Assembly (NCBI GenBank): GCA_000934665.2 | Contig: JYFJ02001842.1 | Coordinates: 48,399-68,398 of the forward strand | Direction of reading: 5' to 3' | Origin: Catajapyx aquilonaris | Taxonomy: Eukaryota | Length of the DNA stretch: 20,000 nt | Shown here: positions 1 to 11,825 of the stretch, one piece after another | Layout of the letters: every line of letters begins with the position of its first letter | How positions within the stretch are numbered: the first letter of the stretch is position 1 | Translations under genes and position numbers: made by a program | Notes under the pieces: generated by a model | Databases searched by the model: none | What the model was told of the DNA's origin: nothing | Seen by the model: only the letters and a program-made list of their open reading frames with translations

Positions 1-3000
1 TCCCTCCTATACATGATTCATTACTGACCCCCTCCGCGCAGTATATTTGGAACCTATCGCCTAATTTCGTGGTTGTCCATTAACCTAATCGTGTTTCCGA
101 TCGTACTGATGTGCACTTGCTCATGTAAGTGCCCTCGTTATGATCTGTCCGTAAACGTGAGCGGCGATTTCCGAGTCTTAATGCGGGTTAAATTCTTCGC
201 CGTAGCTTGTTGCCAGGGAAAAGGCCTCTCCTAAATTTAGGTTGAGTGATGGCTATTGGGTGATGATAAGCTGCGGGAAACTCAGAAGCGTTTCGTCTTG
301 TTGGTTTTACGACGGACCATGAGTCATGTGCGAAATGGGTGGGGCATGCAGCAGTTCCAGTAGCAAAATCCAGGTCACTTGTGCATGGTGGAGTTGAACA
401 GATTACACCCGGATTAGACCCATAATCATGACCAAGATTAGAGATAACGTCCCCAAATCATAAGGGATTCTGCACAGTTACTCTTTTGACAATTCGCAAG
501 CGTTTGCCATCAATATTGTCAGGTGTCTAAATCATACATTTGCTCAAGCCGGCTGGAGCTCTCAGTCGTAAAATATTCAAGGTTTGTAGCTGGCTTTACC
601 CGGAAGCAAGCCGTGAATCCGGAAGAGAATCAGTGTAAGAGGCCAGTTCAAGTACCCATTAGTGTATTGAATCCCCATGTCTGAATGTAACTTGGTGTGT
701 TGAGAATACGCCTGATTGGAATGCCGCGTTGCAAGCCATTTAAGACCAACAGGATGAGATATATAGACTATACGGTATGGAAATGAGGGCCTCTCGACTC
801 CAGATGCGTCGATAATCAGCTCGATCTATTCTTTAATTAGGATTGTTGCTCCGATATTAATGCAGGTGGTTGAGAAAGCTCGGCTGCAGCCTTAAGTTGG
901 CATATGCTGCAGTGGGACTGCATACTGCAGAGGCGAGAGAATGTGGATAGTAACCCAATCGATCTTACAAGAAAGTTTTAAAAAGGTTTAGGTGGACCTG
1001 CTGAGGTACGTTTGAGTCACGTGAAGAGGTGACATATCCGGATACCAAGGAACAAAACACAGCCGTATTTTGGAACCGAAGTTGGGTTCACAAAGCTATG
1101 GATTAAAACTAGTTTTTTTTGTGCGACCTGCCTCAACTATTTTGCGGAGTTTCTGTCCGTGTCGCGACAGTTTTTTTATTGTCAAAAGTTAACGTGGTGA
1201 CTTTAAGCCCTCCGGTGGCATTTTTAAAGTTGGCCTTTTCACCTGGAGGCTGAGATAAAGTGGTGCAGAACGTGAGGGATTTCAGGTTCTGTCATGTCCC
1301 ATGGGACACGTTTTGGTGTCTGCCAACTTTAGAGCCGGAGTATTTGCGGGGACCTAGTCTTTCGGACACTCCTTGATCCTCATTTAGTGCAGATATAGCC
1401 GGAAAAGGTCGTGGATGTTTGCATTTAGTCGCGGAGGTACAGGTCACTAGAGAAAATTTGCAGAGCTGGTTGCGTTGTGAGCGATTATAGTGCAAAGAAG
1501 AGGGGGGGGGGGGAACTTGTGACGTAATTGTAGTCGGTGTATATGTATTGCCCGGAAACTCAAACAGTCGCAGATTTTTTTTTCCAGGCTTCTCATTGTG
1601 ATAAAGCAGCGATAACATCGTTTGGCGTGCTAATTCCTGAGGCATTAGAGATTTAATCTGTACAGGAACTTGGGCTAACAGGAAACGAAGCTATTCGTAA
1701 TGAAGAATCCGAAGTACTTCGTGACGAAAAGCTGTAAACCGAACTGTTAATTTGGCACGAAAGGCTTTGCGTATCCATTTATACAGCAGTTTTGGAACGA
1801 GATTGACGAATCGGATCTATTTTAACGCTGTCGTGTAAGCCAAGGGTATTTCTGGATGCAAATAGTACACCTTGTTTATCAGAAAGTGTATAAGGAAAAT
1901 ATTGCTTGGTATGAGAAATCATAATCGGATAGTAGCATTTTTTGTGATATTTTATTCCTTGGCTCTCAGCAAAGTCCTCATTATTGCAGGAGTAAAACAA
2001 TACTTGCACAAATGAACCCGAAAAAGATGGAATTGCCTTACGACATGGATTCCAACACTAACGAACTTCATTAGTAAAGCTTGTCTGGGATTGTTGGACT
2101 AGGAGCGAGAGTGGGCAATGCTTCTTTGGCTAATGCGATGGGGGCGAAGAATACTTCAGGCGGAGTTTTAACCATGAAAAATGGAACCGAATTAGGGAAT
2201 GGTGGTAGTTGACCCCAAACGCCAGGTTCATTTCTAATTCTGGGATCGATTCCGAGTTCTATATTTGGTACAGCCACTTGTTCCAAAGAGGCGGATCTTT
2301 GGACGTCAGGCCACAGCACATCATTCAAGTGTTGCAAAGAATCAGTTTGATATCAGATTCCATGCGGTATCTGTACAGTATTAGCTCCACTGCACAGTTG
2401 TTGAGGTTTGCCTGCAGCAGTTGTGTCGTCACCAGTTTAGTTATCGGCGATTTTGTATGTCGAACACGTACTATCCGACATCCGGTGGACATGCCTTTTG
2501 CTTAATCTGATTGCAAGAAATTCCAAGTAATTTACGACACACGATTTCCACTTTTTATTTGGCGCAGGTGTAGTCGCTTTCCCAGCCGCATCAAAGACTC
2601 CCATTAAAAATTAAGCTTTACTTCTTTTTAGTCACCAATCTGACATGACACCGATGACCAATAAGAAATTTAAAGGGCCAAAAGGGGGAATGTGAAGATT
2701 TATACTTCTTCCGTCAAATATGCTGTTCACTCACCCGTGACTGCGAATTACTCAGACACGTACACACACCGTACAGATTAGATGAAGTTGAGTGGGTTTG
2801 TTAGATTCCGTATCATTCGCGATGTAAGTTCGGAAGGATGCGGACCTGTGTAGGCGTGCTGTACCGTTCAGAGTATATCCGCTAACCGACCGGAATTCCG
2901 ACCTGGTTCTTCGCTCACGGCCATGGGATAGCATGGAACATCTCTGGGGTTGATCATTCTCCCAGAGCGATCTCGGGGGGAGATTGGAAATGTTTTGGTA

Positions 3001-3218
3001 TACCCGGACCGTGTAGTTTATAACGTGTCTTCTGATTCAATCCCGGCGGCATCGATTCGGCGTTGCAGCGCGGTGTAATTGGTCTCTGGCGGCATGGGCA
3101 ATGCATTTCCAATTCTAAGCATCGCCATTAGCACCTGTGCAGGGGTTTAATAGCCTCCGCTGCATTTCCTTAGTGTTGATACAAGTGCCTACCGAGTGAT
3201 GCGGGTGTAGCCGACAAC

Positions 3219-3876
3219 ATGGGGTTGACGGAGAGCACAGTGGACAAATCCCCGTCGCATGGGGTCAACAGCCCCGCGCCCAAGTCCAAGTCCAACCTGG
3301 CTGTGCACTACCTGCTGGGGGCCCTTCCGCCTATGCCCCAGCCCAAGGGCGGGCGAGGGCCGGCCCCGGGGCAGCACCAGCACGCGCCGCCCAAGAGGAG
3401 GGACACGGTGCCCATCTTCCAGAAGCCGGACAATAAGCCCAACAGGCTAGTGAAAGGACTGACCGACTCGGACATCCGTAACTCGAACACCTTGCTGCCA
3501 AATTTCCATCCGACGGACAGTGTGGACAATAAGCGTCCTCAGAAGCAGCAGCACCAGTCCAGATGGGCCAAGAAGGAGCCGAAGCCGAACAAGAGCAGCA
3601 TCGCCACTCAGACCACGTTGAACGGTTACCATCGAAGACCTGCCTCGACAGGACCGATCATGGAGGACGCGACAGTGTCGCTGGTCGACGGGAATGACGA
3701 TCACATGCTTGGAGGCGAGTTCACGGGGAAAGTGCTGATGCTGTCCAACTCCATATTTTCGTTCCAAAAAGTGCGGAGGAACCCAAAGGACAAGCGGAAA
3801 AGGAACTATTCCGTTCCTGTGGACCCATTCACCTCCGATGCTGCCAAGATTGCCGGTGCCTCGCTCCACTCAGCAG
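3219..3876 (+). CDS. Probable (alternative) first coding exon of the RASSF gene: 219-aa disordered N-terminus MGLTES...ASLHSA
   Basis: GC-rich ORF with CAAC-ATG-G start context. Donor CAG|GTAGGA after 3876 is phase 1 and joins the 10296 exon in frame (G|AC TGC = Asp-Cys). Composition turns intron-like soon after the donor. Joined to the shared exons it gives about 558 aa. Confidence 0.75.
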
Positions 3877-6800
3877 GTAGGACTCAAGGACTTGCTTTGG
3901 GGACCACTCTGCATGTCCTCACAAAGGTGGAGGGTTCACCGACTTATCCTATACACACACCCCCAAAGGACACTGCCCAATTCTCTTTATAAATATTGAT
4001 CAGGTAGACTGTAGAGTAGTATCTCCATCGCTTTTTATGACGAAGAAACAGTGCATGGCAGACACAATTTTTGGGGGAGAAGGGACGTAGTGTATATTTG
4101 TCAGTTGCAGTGCCGCAGAACAACTAGTTTATTCGTGGAAAAAAGGGAAGTAATTTGGTCCCTCTTGGCATGGAGACTTGCTGCTATGGGAGCAACCATT
4201 TCATAATTCATGGTTGTGTGTTCACAAGGGTACGATCCTGGCTTGCGTCGGAGGGGAAGAGAAACGCAATGAATATCCATCGCGTTGCGTGCATTATGAA
4301 TGGAATATACGCTTCACTTTTCCACCCGATTTTCCCATACGGGCCAGGTGATTGCACTAATATTGTGCACCCTTCCCCCATGATTCAGGCTCACCAACTT
4401 GATTACTAACAAGCGCATTTGTGTGTAATAGTGCAACTTAAATAATGAAATGTTAGAACGAAGATGTTGGGGAAGACGTTCAATCACAGATGATGGCTAT
4501 TCCGAGCCCGGATTTTTTTGTAAGTTTTCTGATGACAATTGATCAATAGACCATCCTCCTCGTTCTTCCAATCCATATTAGGACCCAGCCAAGTTTGAAG
4601 TATAGATGATTAAAAATATGAAGACTCTCTCTAAGAGGACTAGTCTCTGGAGGAGGGATAAAAAGGGTTTGGGGGAGGGGGGGGGGGAAGCTCAGGGTAT
4701 CATGTCAGATGATTCATTATTTTGTGATAGGAATGGCAGTAGTATGAGTTTTATCGCAATACTTCATTTGAGGCTGAAGAGAGGATGAGTGACACGTCTC
4801 GGAGAGACCAATTATTGGTCGGGAGAAAAGTCTGTCTATTCCAGTTATGAATTATAGCTGTACCTGAATCTGCACTCAGCGCCGCAATGAGAATTCCGCA
4901 GTGAGAACTGTCGAGTATAGTGCCAGAAACTTCACACGGGAAACCTGATAGTCCCATTATTATTGCAAAATTATCAGAGTCAGGAAGGGAATGGTTATTC
5001 CGTCGATTCGAAGAAGCCTGTTGGAGTGTAGGCGGCGCTGCGCTGTAGGTGCGAAAATAGAGTAGTGTTGCAAGTTCTGTGATAATGACCCAGCCACGCA
5101 CAAGAATTTAATCAGCCTGTTTATACTTGCTACACGTGGCAATCTTATAGCCTTCGCATGGTTGAATTGAGTGTTACGACGTGTTGACAATTTCGCAACC
5201 CACGTGTAGGCGTCTGGGCCTATTCACAAAGCCGTAAAACGAAGTTGACAGACTGCGTATAATAAATTTTGCGGATGCAAATTCGGAATGGGAAACTGCT
5301 GTCGACAGCACAGAATAGTTGAGAGAACCATTCTTGCACGTAAACAATGGCATATCCTTGAAACGACGGTGCCATGCATACATCCAGCACGTTGCGTCCT
5401 TCGATGGTCAGGTCGCTCGTTGCTGATGGTGGTGGCAGAAGAGGCTGAGGGGGGAGAGACGTTCTCGAATGCTAATGGTGTCCCACATCTCCATGAAGAA
5501 TTGAAGAGAGCTGAGGGAGCGTGAAATTTTTATTGTGTACACCCGCATTCTAGTTGTTCTCCTGCAGGTGAAGCAGGAAAAGGCAAGCGTGTCGAAGTGG
5601 GAAGCAAGGAGAAAATTTCCCAATGAAAATGGCGTGGGAAGGAATAAATTGGTTTCCGCGCTGCCAGCCATAGCAAAAATAGGCCTTGGTGCAGCTGAAG
5701 TAAAGGCCTTTTGACTGGATTGTTTTGAGCCTGTCAGAAAGCTGCGAAAAAGCAAAAAAAAAGGGGCGAATTGTTTACAGCTATTTCGATGCTACGATAC
5801 GGGCCGTAATTACACGCTTTTAGCACGCTATTCAGCGCAAAAAGGATATATTTTGGTTTTATGCAAGTTATTTGGCGAAATGGTGTCCGGAGGCATCCGG
5901 ATTTCCGTCGAATTGGCCACTTGAAAAAGGTGCCACAGTTCACGAACCGAATAAGTGTTCTTGAAAGGCGTGGCTTTCGACCTAGTTTGTCTGAAATATT
6001 TGCAATTACGGCGACCCCTAACACTGCTGGATGCTGGGAGGTCCCTTAATGTGTCCAATATCGGCAAAAGTGAGGCGTCGGAGAGCGTTAATTCATTCAG
6101 GGAAAGTCGCGCTCCTGCCAAGAATTTTCATCGGATGAAAAGTGTAATTATGAATATCGGATTCCGTAGCCAAGTTGCAGGATTCGAGCGAGAATTGTTC
6201 CTTTATTCACTTGCACATGTTTGTCAGGTTTTGGCAAGTGGACCGGTATGTTCCCGTGTCTATTTCTGCCCTCCAGTTCTTTTGAGACAGGGTGCGCGAT
6301 ATGCAGAAGAGTTGCCGCCAAGACAGATCCGTGCAGTCTTGGAGAGGCTTCAAGGGTGCCGGATATTTGGTTGAACGTGCTCCGGAGAAGAAAAAGGCCC
6401 GGAGGCACCGGAATCGGGCGCAATTAGCGAGTTGCTGGCCAGTTCCACTAATTGCTTTTGGTGATGCCCCAGGTTGAATGGGGAGGCTCCAGCAGGAGTG
6501 AAGTGTAGCGCACAATAGAAATCGTGCTGGATTGGCCCTGAGAGATGGAGGAAGAGCCATCATCCAGCAGCGGAAATAAGGGGACAGGAATCCATCGGTC
6601 GTCCGTACTTTTGAAGCTGAGCAAGCCGACCACTTCCATATACCTTTCGTATTCCCCGAAGGAGAAGTGTTTCCGTGTGGCCTTCATCGTGTTAGGTGTG
6701 TGTTTGCATCCTGCAGAGTCGCATGCCTTACCCTGGCCTTTTAGCAGTTTGACACCAGTTTGCATAGTCTGCATAGCATAGAAATGGCTCTCCTAATGCG

Positions 6801-7028
6801 GGGGACTCTTGCTCAGTGCGCTGGAAAGTGATGTACTACAGTAGGTCAGGTTCGTGCGCAGTGTCACAGAGAGCTACAGAGTAATCAAACTGATTTAAGA
6901 CCTGTTTGCAAAGGGGCTGCTGCTGCTTGGAGGGACGTCACTGAATGATTGCTGCTGGGAACTTGGAAGGTTACGTCGGTTGAGTAAGTGCGTGACCGTA
7001 ATGGTATTGGGGAGGGTAATGCGGTAAT

Positions 7029-7071
7029 ATGGCCCTAATGAACCCGGGAGGGCGTAAGCTTATTAGAGAAG
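7029..7071 (+). CDS. Candidate short alternative first exon (MALMNPGGRKLIRE), phase 1
   Basis: AAT-ATG-G start, in-frame TAA upstream at 7017, consensus donor AAG|GTGAGT, in frame with the 10296 acceptor. Confidence 0.4.
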
Positions 7072-10000
7072 GTGAGTCCCTGGTTCCCGTTAAACTGATT
7101 TAATCCGGTATGAGATATAAGCACGTTGCGAGGTTCTTCACGTTTCGTCGCAGAGTACGGAGCTTTCAGGCAGGATATTGGTGCATGATTCTGGAGGTAG
7201 AACTAATACTGTATCGAGTGTGTTTTTGGATTGTCTGTGTAGCGAACGGCTCTGCATTATTTATTATGAAAAGGGATCATAAAATAATTAAAGCAGCAGT
7301 ATATAGAAAGACCACTGAAAATCACACCGGGTGTTGAATTATACAGGGTAGTGTCAAGCACATTCTCCTTCATTTCATATACAGTATATTGCACTAATTG
7401 CAGCTTACTAATCGTATGAGTAAACTATGAAACACTTTAGCCATAAAATTAAATGGCCTGTAGTAAGTTTAATAACTGGTTATATTGCCGTGATTTATTA
7501 GTTATTAGGTATTAGGGTCGTCAAAATTTATTATTCGTCTTTCACATTGAAGGTTTACAACCCGACAATAATTTGACGTCTACAAACTCTACATCGATGA
7601 GCTGTTTTTGTCACATCAAGAACTTTGTTCGTCAACGACATTTTTTGTTTCCATGTGTACCACAAAAATTGAAGATCTGTTCAAGTGAAAGTCCAAGTAC
7701 TTTTTGGTTAGAGACAACGTAAACTGAGCCCCCATTTTGGGCGGCGGTATTTTGTAGCTGCATCGTTTTCCGGAGAAAAGGGAGGAAAAGGTGCCTAACA
7801 CTTGAAAGATATACTCGTACTTTCCCAGGCTGTCGAATTTATGGCGACATTTCAGTGACCCGTTTCCCCATCCAATACAATAAATGCGTGCATCTCTGTA
7901 ATTGCTCTCGAGTAAATATAGCCTAGATCTGAAAGAGCTCGGAACAGGGCCTTCACTCTCGCTCGATTTTACGAGCAAGTAAACTCGGAATGGAGGTCTG
8001 GATTTTCTCGAATTTAATTGCAGCAGAGCTTGTTGACGGTGCGAATGCAGCTTTTCTGCGGATAGATCGTGATTGTGGTGTCTCTTGTCAATTATGACGA
8101 GGGGCGAGGGGAATCTATTGGCATATATAGCCTGCATAATGCCCGTATATTCACGGGGAGGATGGGATCATTGCTTCGTCCCAGGTAATCGACCGTAACG
8201 TAATACCTGCCTATTTTTGGTTCCGGATGTTTCCCAGAGGGATTACGTATAGAGCAGGTAGCATGGGTCTGATTTGCAAACGGTGTGAAGCTTTTTGCTC
8301 GCAGCAGACGTATATTTTCTTAGTGAAAAAACGACAGCGGGGAGAGAGAAAAGTTGACAGAAATAGCCGACGAGGAGCAGTGACCCATCTTACCGGTATA
8401 AGAAAAATGTCCAACAAATGTCTGACAAAACTTTGCTGGCGAGCCGGATCCTCCTTTTCAATTCGGGTGTAACGACGCTCGTTTCATTTGGACAAATCTC
8501 CCTCAAATGGCGGATACAGCAGGGCGCGTCTCTGTCTCCAAAAAAAAATAGAGAGGCTATCAAAGTTGTAATGATGTTGACCGCTGCACTCGACACTTGT
8601 AGTGCCTTTTATAGATCCGGCAATTGACGAAATTGTGTCTATTACATCACTCGTGCTGCAGGATGATCAGTGCATGGCGCCATTAACGGGCAGGTTGCAT
8701 TTAAAATATCTGGAGCTGGAAACTAGATCATATGAAACCAATCAGCTAAGCCTGATTGCTTTTCGTACTATAGCTTGCCACATGGCGGAGTTCATGCTTT
8801 AAGTTGATTACCTGCATACCAGCAGAGGAATGGTTCAACATGGTAGGAGTATGTTGATGTAACGTACACGGTTTGCTATACTTGGAAAGGGGGGGAAATC
8901 CGCTGTGTTTTTCTGTATATTTCTGATTCAATGTCATGTATTTGGTAACAGTTGGCATACGAAGGTCGACCTTGTAATGCGGGTTGGGAAATAGCTTAAC
9001 TCATCCATGATACTGATTTAAAATCAGTTCCTGATATTTGAAGCGGGAGTTTTCCTTTAAAGAGCGACGGGTACTGTACAGTATCGTGCAGTGGATAAGC
9101 TGCTGGTTTAGTAATATTTGCAAACTTAATAGCTGCCTTCCTCGTTCGGTTGCAGTGGAACTGTAGAGCAGTTTAGGCTGAAGGGTGGTGCAGAATTCAG
9201 AAGGCGGACTTGCCTTCATGCAATGCAATGAGTGTCTTTTCTATACGTTATGCACAACACTGTCGTCACTGCGACATTTCCACCGCTGCAGAAAGTTGGG
9301 ACGCACAAGCGGTGCCAGATAATTTGGAGGTTCCTAGGTTCCTCATTCACTGGAGTTAGGGAGACTCCGGGGAACAAATAACACGGCCTTGGTCGACTTG
9401 AAAATAATTATACATTGTGCAGTACCTACGCAGTCCCAGCCACTATCCAGCTGCTGGGTTCCGTCTGGTTATGTTCAGTCAATTGTCGTTATTGAATGTT
9501 TTATTCAGAAACATATGTGGCCACGATTCTCGTCCTGGCGTGCTGATCAGCACCAAGGCCACACCTTCGGTTTCACATATATAGGCTGCATTTCTGAATG
9601 CCGTTAATGGAATGCAGCATAATGTTGGCCAAACTGCTGCGTAGAGTGGCAAATATTATTATTTGTCAGCTGTACACTCTTGAAATGGGCGCAACTCTGG
9701 ATTATAACACATACCGTACTGATGAACAACAAAACGCGAAATCGATTCATATCTATAATTGGCCAAATCCGGTGCGTGATAGGTAAATAAACTATGAATA
9801 AATGATTGTGCGTTTTCAAACCGATCGCGATCCCAGCGGCAGCAGTTTCATTTTAAACACTCGGGTAAAATTGCAAAAGTCCCAAAAGTGTGGCTGATTT
9901 AATCTGGACTGATTCGCAAGGGGGGTTTCGAGCTGAAAAAGGTCTTGGGGAGCCCGAAACCAATCAGCATTCTGGAAACTTTTTCAATGGCCCGTGGCCA

Positions 10001-10295
10001 CCGGATGACACGGAAGAACATCTGTGGACAGGCCATCTTCCGGAAGAAAGCTCTCCGGATTTTCACTCGCTTAGGTAATTGCGAGTGGTCTCCGGAAACT
10101 CTGTGCAGTACTGCCTGCAGGAGACATTTTCCTTCTGCCAGACCTCATTTCCAGCGAACGTTTCCTTTTTCCCCATTATTTCCACCCACCCAAAGCTTGG
10201 CTTCGACTATATACTGAGCACTGGAAATGTGACCCACTCCAGGGAATTATGGTTGTGAGTTGACCTGATGGATGTATTTTTGTGTCTCTTTTCAG

Positions 10296-10495
10296 ACTGC
10301 AACTTCACGTGCCACCAGGGATGTCGACAGGCCGTGACCCTCGATTGCGAAAGTTTAGAGCAGAGGTCACCTAGCGATGCCTGTTGCTCCCATCCTGACC
10401 TGGCCTCGCTTCTTCCACCGGAGGGACATCAGGTGCAGGTCGAGGAGGTCACCGAGGCCCACCTAGAGGCGGAGATACAAGAGGTTCCTCCTTCG
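10296..10495 (+). CDS. RASSF1: RASSF exon: C-terminal half of the C1 zinc finger (CNFTCHQGCRQAVTLDC) plus acidic linker
   Basis: Pyrimidine tract and TTTCAG acceptor; peptide resembles RASSF1A CKFTCHYRCRALVCLDC. Likely donor TCG|GTGGGT, phase 0; in-frame alternatives follow 10432 and 10438. Symbol denotes the RASSF1/3/5 group. Confidence 0.85.
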
Positions 10496-11043
10496 GTGGG
10501 TCACTTTGTCTATATGCACCTGTCAAGTCGATCAAGTTGAAGGTTCAAATTAAAAATTAAATAGCAATTTAAAAACTGCTGTCGCGAGCAAGCTTTGCAT
10601 TTCCTTGCCAAAATTGCGCCAATTTGCATTCACGGAAGCGTGATGCACGTCTATTCTAATGGCTTTCGTTGACTGCCCTTCATTGTGGATGGGAGAGCAA
10701 TGTAATGCCCGGAAATGAGTCTATAACCGAATCCAGATCCAGTTTCCGGTTACCTGGTCCGACAGGTGCCATGTCACGTCACGTTTGCTGCTGTATCGGT
10801 CCGAGTTCGACGATCCGATCGGGTCATGCACCTTTGCAAAGCGCGCGCTCTCTATAGCCAAAGTATTAGTCATCGAGGCCTTCCCTATGATATGCGGAAA
10901 GGCTATTGGATAGTCTGCCTATCGACGGTTGGCTAGACCCCCCCGCTCCCATCAGAAACACGTCACACAAACTTATTGACCACACTGCAAACTAGATCGG
11001 ACCTTGCTCTTGCCACACATTCGATGGTTTCCTGCCGTCCAAC

Positions 11044-11136
11044 ATGGTGTTTCGAACTCTGCTATCGGTGTTCCAGCCTTGTATCTCCAGTCGATTCCCA
11101 GCCTTTCAGTGCTATCGGGACGAAAACGGGAATTTT
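11044..11136 (+). CDS. Candidate internal alternative first exon (MVFRTLLSVFQPCISSRFPAFQCYRDENGNF) for a C1-less isoform
   Basis: CAAC-ATG-G start; donor TTT|GTAAGC, phase 0; 78-nt intron to the phase-0 acceptor at 11214/11215. Confidence 0.5.
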
Positions 11137-11214
11137 GTAAGCGCGGGCAGGAGGGTATACTATAGAAGTGACACACTTTCGTCCCGAATGACATATTGTC
11201 CTTGCCATTTTCAG

Positions 11215-11325
11215 CCTGAAGAGGAGGAGAGTAAATCGGAGGATGTTGAGCCGGAAGGTCGTAACTTGGCCGTCCGAATCCAGTATTACAACAGCCATGC
11301 AGCTCATGGATTGGAGATGACTCTG
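11215..11325 (+). CDS. RASSF1: RASSF exon preceding the RA domain (PEEEESK...RIQYYNSHAAHGLEMTL)
   Basis: TTTTCAG acceptor and CTG|GTAGGT donor, phase 0/0. RIQYYNSHAAHGLEMTL aligns with RASSF1 KIKEYNAQINSNLFMSL. Confidence 0.85.
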
Positions 11326-11580
11326 GTAGGTGGTCTCCATTAGCCTGCATTGTCGTTCCAGTTGTAAATGCCCCCGATTTTTGTATGCATGAGACTCATT
11401 TCGGGGCCATTATTTTTTGACCGATCCGAAGGTTTCGTAATGCACCGTGTCGCAACGGAAGCATTAAATGAAGTTGTGGAGATTCCACCTAAATCGATGT
11501 GATCGATCTTTTGTGTATTATTGGACAACCTTGGCCTGTTAAACCACGCTAGAAAAATAATGTCAACCGCATTGTACCTG

Positions 11581-11760
11581 GTGACGTGCAATAAATGTGG
11601 TTGAAAAAAACCGCGATGACGGAAGTGTAACTTCCTGTCTGGCTGTTATCACCGGAACTGGAGTGGATATACCGCAAAGAAGGATCGCGGGGACCAACAT
11701 CCCGTAGTAAGTTGTTAGACGTCGAGAACTTTGACACGGCTTCGCACCGGGGTTGATTGG
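11581..11760 (+). promoter_or_regulatory. Putative internal promoter upstream of the 11826 candidate exon
   Basis: TGACGT at 11582, inverted ETS-like pair ACGGAAGTG (11619-11627) and ACTTCCTG (11630-11637), reverse CCAAT (ATTGG 11756-11760), CpG-rich. Motif evidence only. Confidence 0.3.
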
Positions 11761-11825
11761 AATATTAATCAGTTGGGTAGGATACGGGCATCGATTCGGG
11801 GGAACAAAAAGGTTTTGTAGGGACC

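Noticed and set aside
3877..3992. 3' part of the 257-aa ORF, suggesting a standalone gene
   Set aside because: Better explained as read-through into the intron after the phase-1 donor at 3876.
4665..4697. G-rich tract with G-quadruplex potential (also poly-G at 1502-1513)
   Set aside because: Simple homopolymer runs with no supporting context.
7616..8137. 173-aa minus-strand ORF and other intronic ORFs (5955-6374, 12263-12682, 16595-17095)
   Set aside because: No recognisable domain or splice support; likely chance ORFs.
8227..8257. MFPRGITYRA with phase-1 donor CAG|GTAGCA
   Set aside because: Weak start context and weak donor; expected by chance.
9556..9607. QGHTF...C...C resembling the start of a C1 domain
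   Set aside because: Wrong cysteine spacing, no CxxC, and a stop follows.
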